64,000 nucleotides of DNA from Acidimicrobiia bacterium. GTDB lineage: Bacteria; Actinomycetota; Acidimicrobiia; IMCC26256; PALSA-610. A program made the position numbers and the translations under genes. How positions within the stretch are numbered: position 1 is the first letter of the stretch; every line of letters starts with the position of its first letter. The stretch covers positions 11,270-75,269 of the forward strand of contig JBBSFB010000015.1 in assembly GCA_038239145.1 (NCBI GenBank), read 5' to 3'. Below the pieces are notes generated by a model that worked only from the letters and a program-made list of their open reading frames with translations, was not told the origin of the DNA and searched no databases. Shown here piece by piece: positions 19,597 to 29,200 of the stretch.

Positions 19597-20052
19597 CTAC
19601 AGCTCTTCTTCGGAAACCACTTCGATCCCTGCGGCTCGCAGCGCCGCTGCGGTGACACCTTCTCCCGCGCGCAATGTGCGCGAGAACGAGCCGTCGTAGA
19701 TCTGGGCGCTCCCGCACGACGGGCTGCGCGCTTTCAACACCGCTCGGCTCGCGCCCACGGCCCGGGCGAGCTCCACCGCGGCCCGGGCGCCGCGCTCGTA
19801 CTCTGCGGTGACGTCATCGCCGTCGACGTTCACCACGCGGTCGCCGATCCGTTCCGCCGCGGGTCGAGGGGTCGTCAGGCCACCACAGGCCTCGGGACAG
19901 ATCGGCACGAGTCGGTGCGTCGCCGCAAGCACTTCGACGACCTCACGGCGAGAGTGGCCGGCCTCGTGATTGCACCGCACCCCGAGCAGACAAGACGACA
20001 CGAGCAGAGCCGGCCGGAGGTCCGGAGGGACGTCGGCCCCACGCGTCGTCAC
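19597..20052 (-). CDS. DUF523 family protein
   Basis: LLVSSCLLGVRCNHEAG ... VPICPEACGGLTTPRP ... LKARSPSCG are characteristic DUF523 Cys motifs. The start is taken at GTG 20052. Confidence 0.75.
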   Translation of the reverse strand: MTTRGADVPPDLRPALLVSSCLLGVRCNHEAGHSRREVVEVLAATHRLVPICPEACGGLTTPRPAAERIGDRVVNVDGDDVTAEYERGARAAVELARAVGASRAVLKARSPSCGSAQIYDGSFSRTLRAGEGVTAAALRAAGIEVVSEEEL

Positions 20053-20207
20053 GCAACGACGGTACCGGGTCGACCCGGGTCGGCGACGGGAGGCAACCGG
20101 CCCCCCGCCGGGCTCGTCGCCCGCAGACCGGGACTCGCATCGGTGGACGACGGGGGGAAGCCGTCCACGTCTCGTTGTCCCGGTCCGCACTGACGGCGAC
20201 CGGTCTC

Positions 20208-20537
20208 TCAGGCAGATTGCGCCTGCGGGACCTCGACCTCCTCGGGCCGGATCTTGCGCGGACGCCCGCGCTTGCGCTTCTGGGCGACGATCTTGCCGTT
20301 CACGAACAGCTCGCCACCCCAGACGCCCCACGGCTCGCGCCGCTCCCGGGCCCCTTCGAGGCACGTCTCCCGCACCGGGCATTCGAGGCAGAACGCCTTG
20401 GCCGCCGCGATGTCGTCGAGCTGCTCGGAGAAGAACAGCTCCGTCATCGAGCCGCTGCCGTCGTTACAGAGCGCGAGCTCCTGCCAGTCTGGTTCTCGGT
20501 TGATCTCGTCGGTCTGGAAAGGCTGGATGGCGAACAT
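20208..20537 (-). CDS. whiB7: WhiB7-like WhiB-family transcriptional regulator with a C-terminal AT-hook
   Basis: Four Cys (C-x26-C-x2-C-x5-C), the EPWGVWGGE turn and KRKRGRPRK AT-hook. This closely matches my recollection of the M. tuberculosis WhiB7 C-terminus (EPWGVWGGE...KRPRGRPRK). Confidence 0.8.
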   Translation of the reverse strand: MFAIQPFQTDEINREPDWQELALCNDGSGSMTELFFSEQLDDIAAAKAFCLECPVRETCLEGARERREPWGVWGGELFVNGKIVAQKRKRGRPRKIRPEEVEVPQAQSA

Positions 20538-20963
20538 CGCCGATCACTCCCCGTTTTTCTCGTCGTTCGTGTTCGTCGTTCGCGTTCGTCGTGTCGTGGG
20601 TGGGCTTCGGTGGATGGATCTTCGTGGTGGCGACTTCGCAACCCGATTTCGGGCAAACAAAAAGGCCGCCGGGTTGCCCCGACGGCCTTGCGGATGCTCC
20701 CTGGTAGCGGCTGCTACGGATGGGACACCTCGAGGCGTCGGGGCCGGCCATGCTTCGATGCCGTCGTACCGAGCGAGATCGGGGACCAGGGCATGAATAC
20801 GGCCGATGCCGGGCACGGCTGGAAGGCACGCACGCGCGCGTTCCGGGCCATGGCATTGGCTCGGTTTGCGTACGTGGCGGTGGTCATGCGCGTGCCTTCT
20901 CGTGCGTCCAACATTCGAGCGTTCATCCGACCATGATCGGAAACGTCCGTCAAATGATTTTTG
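20538..20963 (-). promoter_or_regulatory. Long whiB7 5' leader with an AT-rich tract plus -35-like TTGACG (20948-20963) and a candidate uORF (20714-20887)
   Basis: The minus strand reads GCAAAAATCATTTGACG. Downstream is an ORF ending at TAG (MTTATYANRANAMARNARV..., 57 aa from the ATG at 20887; alternative ATGs at 20914 and 20926), followed by a terminator hairpin. Confidence 0.5.
20653..20689 (-). terminator. Intrinsic terminator / attenuator hairpin inside the whiB7 leader
   Basis: Minus strand: AAGGCCG-U-CGGG-GCAA-CCCG-G-CGGCCUU followed by UUUGUUUG. It lies about 25 nt after the uORF stop and about 115 nt before the whiB7 start. Confidence 0.6.
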
Positions 20964-21011
20964 CGGACCCTGACATCGATCGGGTGGATCGACCCGAATC
21001 GGAGCCGAAAT

Positions 21012-21803
21012 TCAGGTGTCGCCGCGGCTCGCGGCGGCAATCCGCAGCAGCTCGGCGTGGACGGCCGGCGGACCGGCCAAGATGTTGCCCGACCGGAGCC
21101 AGGCCCGGTCGTTGCCGGCCCAGTCGGTGACGACGCCGCCCACCTCCCGGACGATGACGCCCCCGGCGGCCACGTCCCACGGCCCGAGGTGGAGCTCGAA
21201 AAACCCGTCGAACACGCCCTCCGCGGTCCAGCACAGGTCGAGGCTCGCGGCCCCGACCCGACGAACGTCCTCGAAGCCCCGCAGCGCGGCCGCGAGCGCG
21301 TACTCGTAGCGGGGCAGTAACTCCTTGTGCCGGAAGGGGAAGCCGGTCGACACGATCGCCTGCTCCCCCGGGCGGGTGCTGACGTGCAGCGGCTTGTCGT
21401 CGCGGAACGCGCCGACGCCCTGGGCCGCATAGAACGTGCGATCGAGCAGCGGTGCGTGCACCACGCCGACGACGGGCTCACCGTCGGCGATCATCCCCAC
21501 CGACACGCCGACCGCGTCGAAACCGTGCACGAAGTTCGACGTCCCGTCGAGGGGATCGACGAGCCAGCCGGTGTCGAAGTCCTCGCCGCCCGCCTCTTCG
21601 CCGTACACCGGCAAACCCGATTCGCGGATCAGCAGTTCGCGGATCGCCTTCTCGCTCGCGAGATCGGCTTCGCTGACCCAATCGCCCGGGGACTTCTCCC
21701 GCACGACTTCGAGCTTCCCGAAGTAACTCCGCACGATCTCGCCGCCCGCGTGGGCGGCGCGATTCGCGACGCTGAGCAAAGCGCTGTAGTCGAGCACGCT
21801 CAT
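21012..21803 (-). CDS. Inositol monophosphatase family protein
   Basis: MSVLDYS... with IMPase motifs (WLVDPLDGTSNF, WDVAAG). The real start, ATG 21803, lies inside a much longer track ORF. Confidence 0.9.
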   Translation of the reverse strand: MSVLDYSALLSVANRAAHAGGEIVRSYFGKLEVVREKSPGDWVSEADLASEKAIRELLIRESGLPVYGEEAGGEDFDTGWLVDPLDGTSNFVHGFDAVGVSVGMIADGEPVVGVVHAPLLDRTFYAAQGVGAFRDDKPLHVSTRPGEQAIVSTGFPFRHKELLPRYEYALAAALRGFEDVRRVGAASLDLCWTAEGVFDGFFELHLGPWDVAAGGVIVREVGGVVTDWAGNDRAWLRSGNILAGPPAVHAELLRIAAASRGDT

Positions 21804-22546
21804 AGCAGACCTCTCGCGAGTGTGTCGGCCAGTTCGGTGGTTCCCGCGGCGACGAGTTGTCGACGCGCGCTGATGTCGTCGGTGACGAGGTCGCGACCCT
21901 GCCCATCGCGCACGACCGCCCCCGCTTCGATGCACGCGAGGTACCCGGCGAGGTAGTCCCACGGGGCGTGATAGCCACCGGCGTCGAGCATGCCGTCGAG
22001 GCTGCCGATCGCGACCTCGCAGAGCCCGAGCGCGCACGAACCGAGTGAACGAAACTGCTTCCAGGGCAGGAGCATCTGGGGCGCGCCGGTGAGATAGATC
22101 ATCGAGTCCTCGACCCGATCGACGCTCGACGCGTAGATCGGTACACCGTCGCGGAACGCGCCGCCACCGCGTATCGCGGTGACCGACACTCCCGACACCT
22201 GGTTCACGACCATCCCTGCGAGCGCGCCCTGCGCGTCGAGCGCGCAGATCGACGTCGCCCAGTACGGAATCCGGCGCGAGCAGTTCGTGGAACCGTCGAC
22301 GGGGTCGAGCACGACCGTGATCGATGCACCGGCGCGCTCGTGCACGCCGGATTCCTCGCTCACGATGCGCACCGGCGCGTGCCCGAGCACGCGACACGCT
22401 TCCGCATCGGCCACGAGGTCGAGCGCGTACTGACCTGCGCGCGCGGTCCGGTCGCGCAACGCCGACGCGGGAATCGACCCGACCGCGCGCCGCACCGCCG
22501 CCCCGACCTCCGCGAAGAGGTCGAGCAGCTCTTCGGGCGACGTCAT
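21800..22546 (-). CDS. Inositol monophosphatase-family paralog
   Basis: VVLDPVDGSTNC and WDYLAG motifs. Start at ATG 22546 (MTSPEELL). ATGA overlap with the downstream IMPase gene. Confidence 0.8.
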   Translation of the reverse strand: MTSPEELLDLFAEVGAAVRRAVGSIPASALRDRTARAGQYALDLVADAEACRVLGHAPVRIVSEESGVHERAGASITVVLDPVDGSTNCSRRIPYWATSICALDAQGALAGMVVNQVSGVSVTAIRGGGAFRDGVPIYASSVDRVEDSMIYLTGAPQMLLPWKQFRSLGSCALGLCEVAIGSLDGMLDAGGYHAPWDYLAGYLACIEAGAVVRDGQGRDLVTDDISARRQLVAAGTTELADTLARGLL

Positions 22547-22651
22547 CTGCCACCTTCGCACAGCCGGGCCCCGCCGACCCGCACCTGGTCGCCGGTCTCG
22601 GACGGCTTCCACCCCGATGAGTCCCCCGCCGCGTCCCGCACGAGACGGATG

Positions 22652-23206
22652 CTAGGAGAGACCGAGTCGGCGGAGGTCGGCCGGAGTGTCGACGTCGGCA
22701 AAGGTGTTCGCGGGCCCGACCGCGCGCCACGTCTCCTCGGACAACTCGTCGTACGTGCACGCGGCGGCGCGGAGCGAGTGGTCGCCGGCAACCAGCGCCC
22801 GGCGTCCGGCTTCGATTGCTTCCGGACCGTAGCGGCAGCATGCGTACTGCAATCGACCCTCGACCAGGGGCACGACGGTGGTGGCGCCGGGCCACTCGGC
22901 CAACAAACGCAAGACCGGCGCTTCGACGAACGGCAGGTCGCATGCAAGCAACACGACCGGCATCGGCGATCCAATCGCCCGGGCGCCTGCGATCAGTGCC
23001 GCCAGCGGTCCTCCGCCCGGAGGATCTTCACGGACGTGGCGCAGACCGCTCGCGCCGGGTCCCACCTCGACGACCGGTTCGCACACTTCGGCCAGGACGC
23101 GGGCCGCGCGCGCGGCCAACGTCTCGCCCCGCCAGACGATCGACGCTTTGTCGGTCTGCATCCGACGGCTCGCGCCCCCGGTCAGCAGGATGCCCGCGCT
23201 CGTCAC
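22652..23206 (-). CDS. MobA-like NTP transferase (molybdenum cofactor nucleotidyltransferase family)
   Basis: N-terminal GILLTGGASRRMQTDK motif and LACDLPF motif. Confidence 0.7.
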   Translation of the reverse strand: MTSAGILLTGGASRRMQTDKASIVWRGETLAARAARVLAEVCEPVVEVGPGASGLRHVREDPPGGGPLAALIAGARAIGSPMPVVLLACDLPFVEAPVLRLLAEWPGATTVVPLVEGRLQYACCRYGPEAIEAGRRALVAGDHSLRAAACTYDELSEETWRAVGPANTFADVDTPADLRRLGLS

Positions 23207-23230
23207 GGAGCGGGGCTCACCGACGTGAGC

Positions 23231-23665
23231 TCACGCGGTGCTGGTCGGTGGCGCAATCTGGCTGTCGGCCCGGAGCGAATAGCTGACGACGAGCCAACCA
23301 TTCGCGCTGTGATCAAGCATGACATTGTTCCGCACCGCACCGCCGTCGACCGAAACCTCAGTGACGACCAGCGCGGTCTGATTTCCCACTACCGAGGTCT
23401 CCACCTCGACGTGCGCCCCGATGCGCTTGGCCTTGCCTGCGCTCGCGTACGCCTTGCGCTTAACCGCGATGAACCGCTCGCGGCGAAGACCGTCGCGCAG
23501 CTCCGGACCCGACAAGGAGAAGAGCAGGTCGAAGTCGAGCTCGGCCCACGCCGTCTCGTACGCGATCGCGACATCCTCGGGTCCCGGCCCGGGCTCGCGT
23601 CCGATCGAGATCCACATGAAGAACAGCAGGACGACGATGATGCCGAGCACGATGACGAGGGGCAC
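23231..23665 (-). CDS. Membrane-anchored hypothetical protein
   Basis: N-terminal TM segment (PLVIVLGIIVVLLFFMWI) followed by a ~115-aa soluble domain. No family recognised. Confidence 0.5.
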   Translation of the reverse strand: MPLVIVLGIIVVLLFFMWISIGREPGPGPEDVAIAYETAWAELDFDLLFSLSGPELRDGLRRERFIAVKRKAYASAGKAKRIGAHVEVETSVVGNQTALVVTEVSVDGGAVRNNVMLDHSANGWLVVSYSLRADSQIAPPTSTA

Positions 23666-23667
23666 GG

Positions 23668-23949
23668 TTACGCGATCCCTTCGATCTTCGTCGCGAGGTC
23701 GACGTCCTTCTCGGTGAGACCGCCGGCGTCGTGACTCGTGAGCGCGACGCGCACCTTGCGCCAGCGCACGTCGAGATCCGGATGGTGATCGCCGGCCTCG
23801 GCGAAGAAGCCCATGCGCACGACGAACGCAATGGCATCGGGGAACGACGCGCGCTCGAAGGTCTTCTCGATCTCGTCACCGGCCCGGGACCAACCCGGCA
23901 GCGACGCGAGCGCGGTGGCAACCTCGGCCTCGGAGAGCAGCGGCATCAC
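23668..23949 (-). CDS. 4a-hydroxytetrahydrobiopterin (pterin-4-alpha-carbinolamine) dehydratase
   Basis: 93 aa. EAGDHHPDLDVRWRKVRVALTSHDAGGLT is the PCD signature region. Confidence 0.88.
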   Translation of the reverse strand: MMPLLSEAEVATALASLPGWSRAGDEIEKTFERASFPDAIAFVVRMGFFAEAGDHHPDLDVRWRKVRVALTSHDAGGLTEKDVDLATKIEGIA

Positions 23950-23991
23950 CCCTATTCAACTCCAGCCGACGGCTTGGGCCACACTCGCGCG

Positions 23992-24312
23992 GTGTCTTTC
24001 GACCTGCCCGACTCCGAAGCGCCCACCGAGGTGGAGCTCGACCGCACCGCCGGCCTCACGCTGCACTGGGTCGACGGCACCGTCTCGCACTTCGGGCTCG
24101 AGGAGCTGCGTCGCAACTGTCCGTGCGCCGAGTGCCGCGGCCTGCGGGAACAGGGCCTCCCGGTCGGGCCGAGACCCCGGTCGCTGCTGCCGTTCACGGC
24201 CGTCGACGCCGAGCTCATCGGCGCCTGGGGCCTCACGATCACTTGGAGCGACGGCCACAGTACCGGGATCTTCGCCTGGAGCATCCTGCGCGCCTGGCAG
24301 ACCCCGACCTGA
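23992..24312 (+). CDS. DUF971 domain protein
   Basis: LTLHWVDGTVSHFGLEELRRNCPCAEC ... ITWSDGHSTGIF. The start is taken at GTG 23992 within the longer track ORF. Confidence 0.7.
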   Translation: MSFDLPDSEAPTEVELDRTAGLTLHWVDGTVSHFGLEELRRNCPCAECRGLREQGLPVGPRPRSLLPFTAVDAELIGAWGLTITWSDGHSTGIFAWSILRAWQTPT

Positions 24313-24340
24313 GCCCGCCTGCAAGCTCGAAGCCGGGGGG

Positions 24341-26140
24341 TCAGGCGCTGAGGCGCTCGACCCAGCGGAAGCGGTGGTGGACGAGGGCCCGCACGATCTG
24401 GCCGGGCTGCGGCCGGGCGAAGTAGTAGCCCTGGCCGAGGTCACAGCCGAGCGTGCGCAGCGTGTAGAGCTGGATGTCGTTCTCGATCCCCTCGGCCGTC
24501 ACCGTGAAATCGAGCGCGTGGCCGAGCCCGACGATGGCGGCGACGATCGCGGAGTCGTCCCGGCGCGTACCGAGGCGCTCGATCAACGAGCGGTCGATCT
24601 TCAGCGTGTCGACGGGCAGCACGTTCAGGTGCGCGAGCGATGACTGACCAGTGCCGAAGTCGTCGATGCCGATGCGCACACCGCGCTCCGAGAGCCGGCG
24701 GAGCACCTCCGTCACGGTCTCACGGTTCTCGACGAGCACCGTCTCGTTCACTTCGAGCGTCAGCAGGGCCGGATCCAGGCGGGTCGCCGAGAGCACGGAG
24801 TCGACGATCGAGACCAGCTCCGGATCAAGGAGCTGTTGGGCGGAAAGGTTGACCGCGACCGACAACGGCGCGTCGGACGGAAGCTCCGCGCACCAGCGCG
24901 CGGTCTGCGAGCACGCCTCGTGCAGGACCCATGCTCCTATGGGAACGATCAGACCGGTCTCCTCCGCGATAGCGAGGAAGTCGGCCGGCTCCAACAGTCC
25001 GAGCTCCGGGTGTTCCCAGCGGACGAGTGCCTCGACACCGATCATCTCCGAACGTTCGAACGCGACGATCGGCTGGTAGTGCACGCGGAACTCGCCTCGC
25101 ACCAGCGCCCGGCGTAGGCAACTCTCGATCTCGAGCCTGCGTACCGCCCGGTCGCGCATGGTGTCGTCGAACAGCTCGACCCGACCCCGCCCCATCTCCT
25201 TGGCCGCGAACACGGCGACGTCGGCGTCGCGCAGGAGGCGGGTCGCGGTGTCGTCGGATCCGTCGGAGACGATGACTCCCACGCTGGCGCCGAGGTACAC
25301 CTCGTCGTCGCCGAGCGAGAACGGCTGATCGAAGGTGGCCCGTAGCCGGTGGGCAAGCGTCATCACGTCGCCGGCGTAACCGACGTTGTGACACACGACC
25401 GCGAGCTCGTCGCCCCCGAGCCGCGCCAACCGGTCGCCGGCGCGCAGCACACGCTCGAGCCTGCTGGCTGCGGTTGCGAGCAACTCGTCGCCGGCCTCGT
25501 GACCGAGGCTGTCGTTCACGACCTTGAAGTGATCGATGTCGAGCAACACCAGTCCGACGCGCGCGTCGTCGGTGCTCGCAGCGAGCGCCTGCTGCAACCA
25601 CTCCACCAACATGACTCGATTCGGGAGCTCGGTCAACGGATCGTGGCGGGTGCGGTGGGCAAGCTCGGCCTCGATACGGCGGTGCTCGCTGACGTCGTAC
25701 GCCGCGCCGACCAACTGCTCGCAGACCCCGTCGGCGCCGATCAACGGCGTGACGTCGACCGCGACCCGTCGGGCCGGGATCGACGATCCCCACTCGGTCT
25801 CGAATGCGATCGCTCGGCGTTCGCGCGCGGCGCGAGCGAAGGCGCGTACGTGCGCGACGAGCGCGTTGGCGGGAACGACGTGGCGGAGGTCTCCGGTCGC
25901 GGGCCCGAGCTCGGCCGCGACATCGTCACCCCGCAGGGTCCGGTAGGCAACGTTCGTGTAAATGAAGCGGAACACGTCGTCGCCATCGACCGCGATGGCG
26001 AAGGCGGGATGGGGCAGCAGGTCGAGCAGCGCCGTGTCCGCGGTCGATTCGCCGTCGTTCGCCGAGATCGCGACCAGCGCCGGGCCGGATGACCCGTGTA
26101 CGTCGTCGCCTTGGTTGTCGCCCGGATTCCGAACTTCCAT
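24341..26140 (-). CDS. PAS-GGDEF-EAL c-di-GMP signalling protein
   Basis: GGDEL variant of GGDEF, with an RxxD (RAGD) exactly 5 residues upstream. EAL motif (GVEALVRWEHP) and DDFGTG. N-terminal PAS-like region. Confidence 0.9.
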   Translation of the reverse strand: MEVRNPGDNQGDDVHGSSGPALVAISANDGESTADTALLDLLPHPAFAIAVDGDDVFRFIYTNVAYRTLRGDDVAAELGPATGDLRHVVPANALVAHVRAFARAARERRAIAFETEWGSSIPARRVAVDVTPLIGADGVCEQLVGAAYDVSEHRRIEAELAHRTRHDPLTELPNRVMLVEWLQQALAASTDDARVGLVLLDIDHFKVVNDSLGHEAGDELLATAASRLERVLRAGDRLARLGGDELAVVCHNVGYAGDVMTLAHRLRATFDQPFSLGDDEVYLGASVGVIVSDGSDDTATRLLRDADVAVFAAKEMGRGRVELFDDTMRDRAVRRLEIESCLRRALVRGEFRVHYQPIVAFERSEMIGVEALVRWEHPELGLLEPADFLAIAEETGLIVPIGAWVLHEACSQTARWCAELPSDAPLSVAVNLSAQQLLDPELVSIVDSVLSATRLDPALLTLEVNETVLVENRETVTEVLRRLSERGVRIGIDDFGTGQSSLAHLNVLPVDTLKIDRSLIERLGTRRDDSAIVAAIVGLGHALDFTVTAEGIENDIQLYTLRTLGCDLGQGYYFARPQPGQIVRALVHHRFRWVERLSA

Positions 26141-26264
26141 GTCACCGCTCCCCGCAGCTCATTTCGATTGTCGGCACAACGACCGGCGACCTGAACGCGG
26201 ACCTCGAATCGGTGCGGGCGAGTCGGGGCGGGGTTGGGTGCGGCGAGGCCGATATCGTGAGCGG

Positions 26265-29200
26265 ATGACCTGCTCGGCGTGCGGCGCGCCCGTACCCGAA
26301 GGCGCGCGCTTTTGCCCGGAATGTGGGCAGCGCCTGATTGCCGCCGCCGACGAACGCCGGCTCGCAACGGTCCTCATGGCCGATCTCGTCGGCTTCACCG
26401 CGCTGTCGGCAGGCAGCGATCCCGAGCAGGTGAAGCGGCTCGTCGACGCGTGCTTCGACGCCCTGGTCGCCGACATCGTCGACTTCGGCGGCCATCTCGA
26501 CAAGATCGTCGGCGACGAGGTCGTCGCCCTCTTCGGCGCGCCCGTCGCTCACGAGGACGACGCGGAGCGGGCGGTGCGGGCCGGGCTCCGCATGCACGAG
26601 ACCCTCGCGGCGCTCGCGCCCGCGCTCGGGGTCCGGGTCCAGATGCGGATCGGCGTGAACACCGGAGAGGTGCTCGTCGGCGCCATGCGTGCCGGTGGCG
26701 ACGCCACGGTGATGGGTGACGTGGTGAACACCGCGCAGAGGCTTGAGAAGCTCGCCGAGCCCGGGCAGGTCATCGTCGGCCCCGCCACCCACGCGGCCAC
26801 CCATGCCGCCATCCGTTACGAGGCGCTCGGGCCGCAGGGCCTGCGGGGCCGGGACGAGCCCGTCGAGTCGTACCGCGCCATCGAGGCGCCGGCGCCGCCC
26901 GGCCGGCGCCGGACGCGCGAGCAGGCACCCCTCCTCGGGCGCGACGCCGAGGTCGCGACGCTCGAACAGGTCGTGGCGATGGCCGCACGCAAACGGCGCG
27001 CGCACCTCGTGTTGCTGTCGGGTGAGGCCGGCGTCGGCAAGAGCCGGCTCGCGAGCGAGCTCGGGCTGCGCGCGACCCGCGACTTCGGCGCCGAGGTCCT
27101 GATCGGTCAGTGCGTTCCCTACGGCGACGCCAACGTGTTCGTCGCCGTCGCCGAAGCGCTGCGCCGGGCCTGCGATTGCGACGCACCGGTCGACCCGGGC
27201 GAGGGAAACGCCGCCGCGGACCCGGCGGTCGATCTCCGGGCCCGCATCCTCGAACGGGTCACCGAGGTGTTGGAGCTCGAAGCGGACGCGCCCGAGACCG
27301 TGCGCATGGTCGAGGGCCTGCACCACCTCATGGACGGCGTCACCCGTCCCGGCGTCGACCCGGGCCGGGCCCGCGACGACGCACTCCGCTCGACGATCGC
27401 GTTCTTCGAGGCCCTGGCGACCAAAGCACCGTTGGTGCTGATCCTCTCCGACCTGCACTGGGCGAGCGACGAAGCCCTCGAGCTGTGCAACCGGATGCTC
27501 GCGCGGCTTCACGACCATCCGTTCGTGCTCGTCGCCACGACCCGCCCCGGTCTCGAGGATCGTTGGATCCCGGCATCGGGAAAGCACAACGAGCTCGCGC
27601 TCCATCTCGACCCGCTCGACCGCGAGTCCACCGCCGAGCTCGTGCGCGCGTTGCTCTGCGGCGAGACCGACGACGCGACCGTCGAATTCCTCCTTGAGCG
27701 CAGCGGCGGGAATCCCTTCTTCGTCGAAGAGCTCGTCGCGTTCGTGCAGGAGACCCGCGACGGCGACCGGCTGCACGAGCTCCCGGCCACGCTGCACGGT
27801 CTCGTGGCGGCGCGCCTCGACGCGCTGCAAGCAACGGAACGCTCACTCCTCGAAGACTGCGCGATCGTCGGCGCGGGCGGCCCGATCTCGGCCGTGATCG
27901 CGCTCGCGGGTCGCGACGATGCGCGCGGGCTGCTCGACGATCTCGCCGAGCGCGACTTCCTGGTCGTCGAGCACGACGAGTTCCACTTCAAGTCGGAGCT
28001 GATCCGTGAGATCGCCTACGGCACCCTCACGAAGGCCGAGCGCGCTCGGCGCCATGCCGTCGTCGCCCCCGTGCTCGCGGCCCGCGGCGAGCTCGGCGTC
28101 GATCAGGCCGCGCATCACCTGGCGACCGCGGCTGAGCTGGTCGACGCGCTGGGCGCGGTCGACGGCGTGCCGAGCGACGTGAGGGAGCAGGCCATCGACG
28201 CGCTCATGCGCGCGGCCGAGCGCGACGAGTCGGTCGAAGCGTGGACGCCGGCCGAGCGCCATCACGACCGGGCCCTCGCGCTCCTCGGGCCCGAGAACAC
28301 CCAGGCCCATCGCACCGCGCTCCTCGGTCGGGCCGGCGCCCGCGTGCAGCGACGGGTGCTCGACGACGCCCGCGCCGACATCCTCACTGCACTGGAGGAG
28401 TCGCGGGCCGCCGACGACCTCCCCGGAGAAGCGCTCGCGCTGACGCTGCTCGGCGAAGGAGAAGCCGCCAACGGCGCGTACGACGTCGCCGAGGAGACCT
28501 TCGGGCAGGCGCTGCAGGCGTGGCGCGCGCTCGACGACGAGTCGGGCGCCGCCAACGTGCTGCGCGGCCTCGGCATGACCCACCTCTTCCGCGGCGACCT
28601 CGAGCAGGCCGAACGCTTTGTCTCCGAAGCCCTCGGTTCGTTCCGCTCGTCGGAGAACCAGCGCGGCGCGGCCTGGGCGTTGCAGAACCTGGCCTGGATC
28701 TCGTTCACGCACGGCAACGTCGCCAAGGCCGAGAGCCGGCTCGAGCAGTCGGCCGACCTGTTCGGCGAGCTCGGCGACTGGGGCGGTCTCAGCTGGGCCT
28801 ACGGATTGCTCGCATTCGTCCGGTACAACCAGGGTCGCCTCGAAGAAGCGTCCGCCATCGCCGAGCACATCGCCATCGAGGGCCGGGAGACCGGTAACCG
28901 CTGGGCGGTCGGCATGATGACAGTGTTGCTCGCGAACGTCGCGCTCTGGAGCGGGCGCACGCGTGAGTGCGCCGAGCTCGGGCGGGAGGCGATCGACCTC
29001 TTCCAGGACATCGGCGATCGCTGGGGCGAGGTGATGGCCAGTGCGTCGGCGGTGCGGGCGCACGCCGAGCTCGGTCACGACGACGCGTACGACACCACAC
29101 TCGCGCGCTACTACGAGATCGCCCGCACCATGCCCGACGCGAACATGCGCGTGATCCCGACCGTGGTCGAAGCCTCCGTGCAACTGCAGCGCGGCCACAC

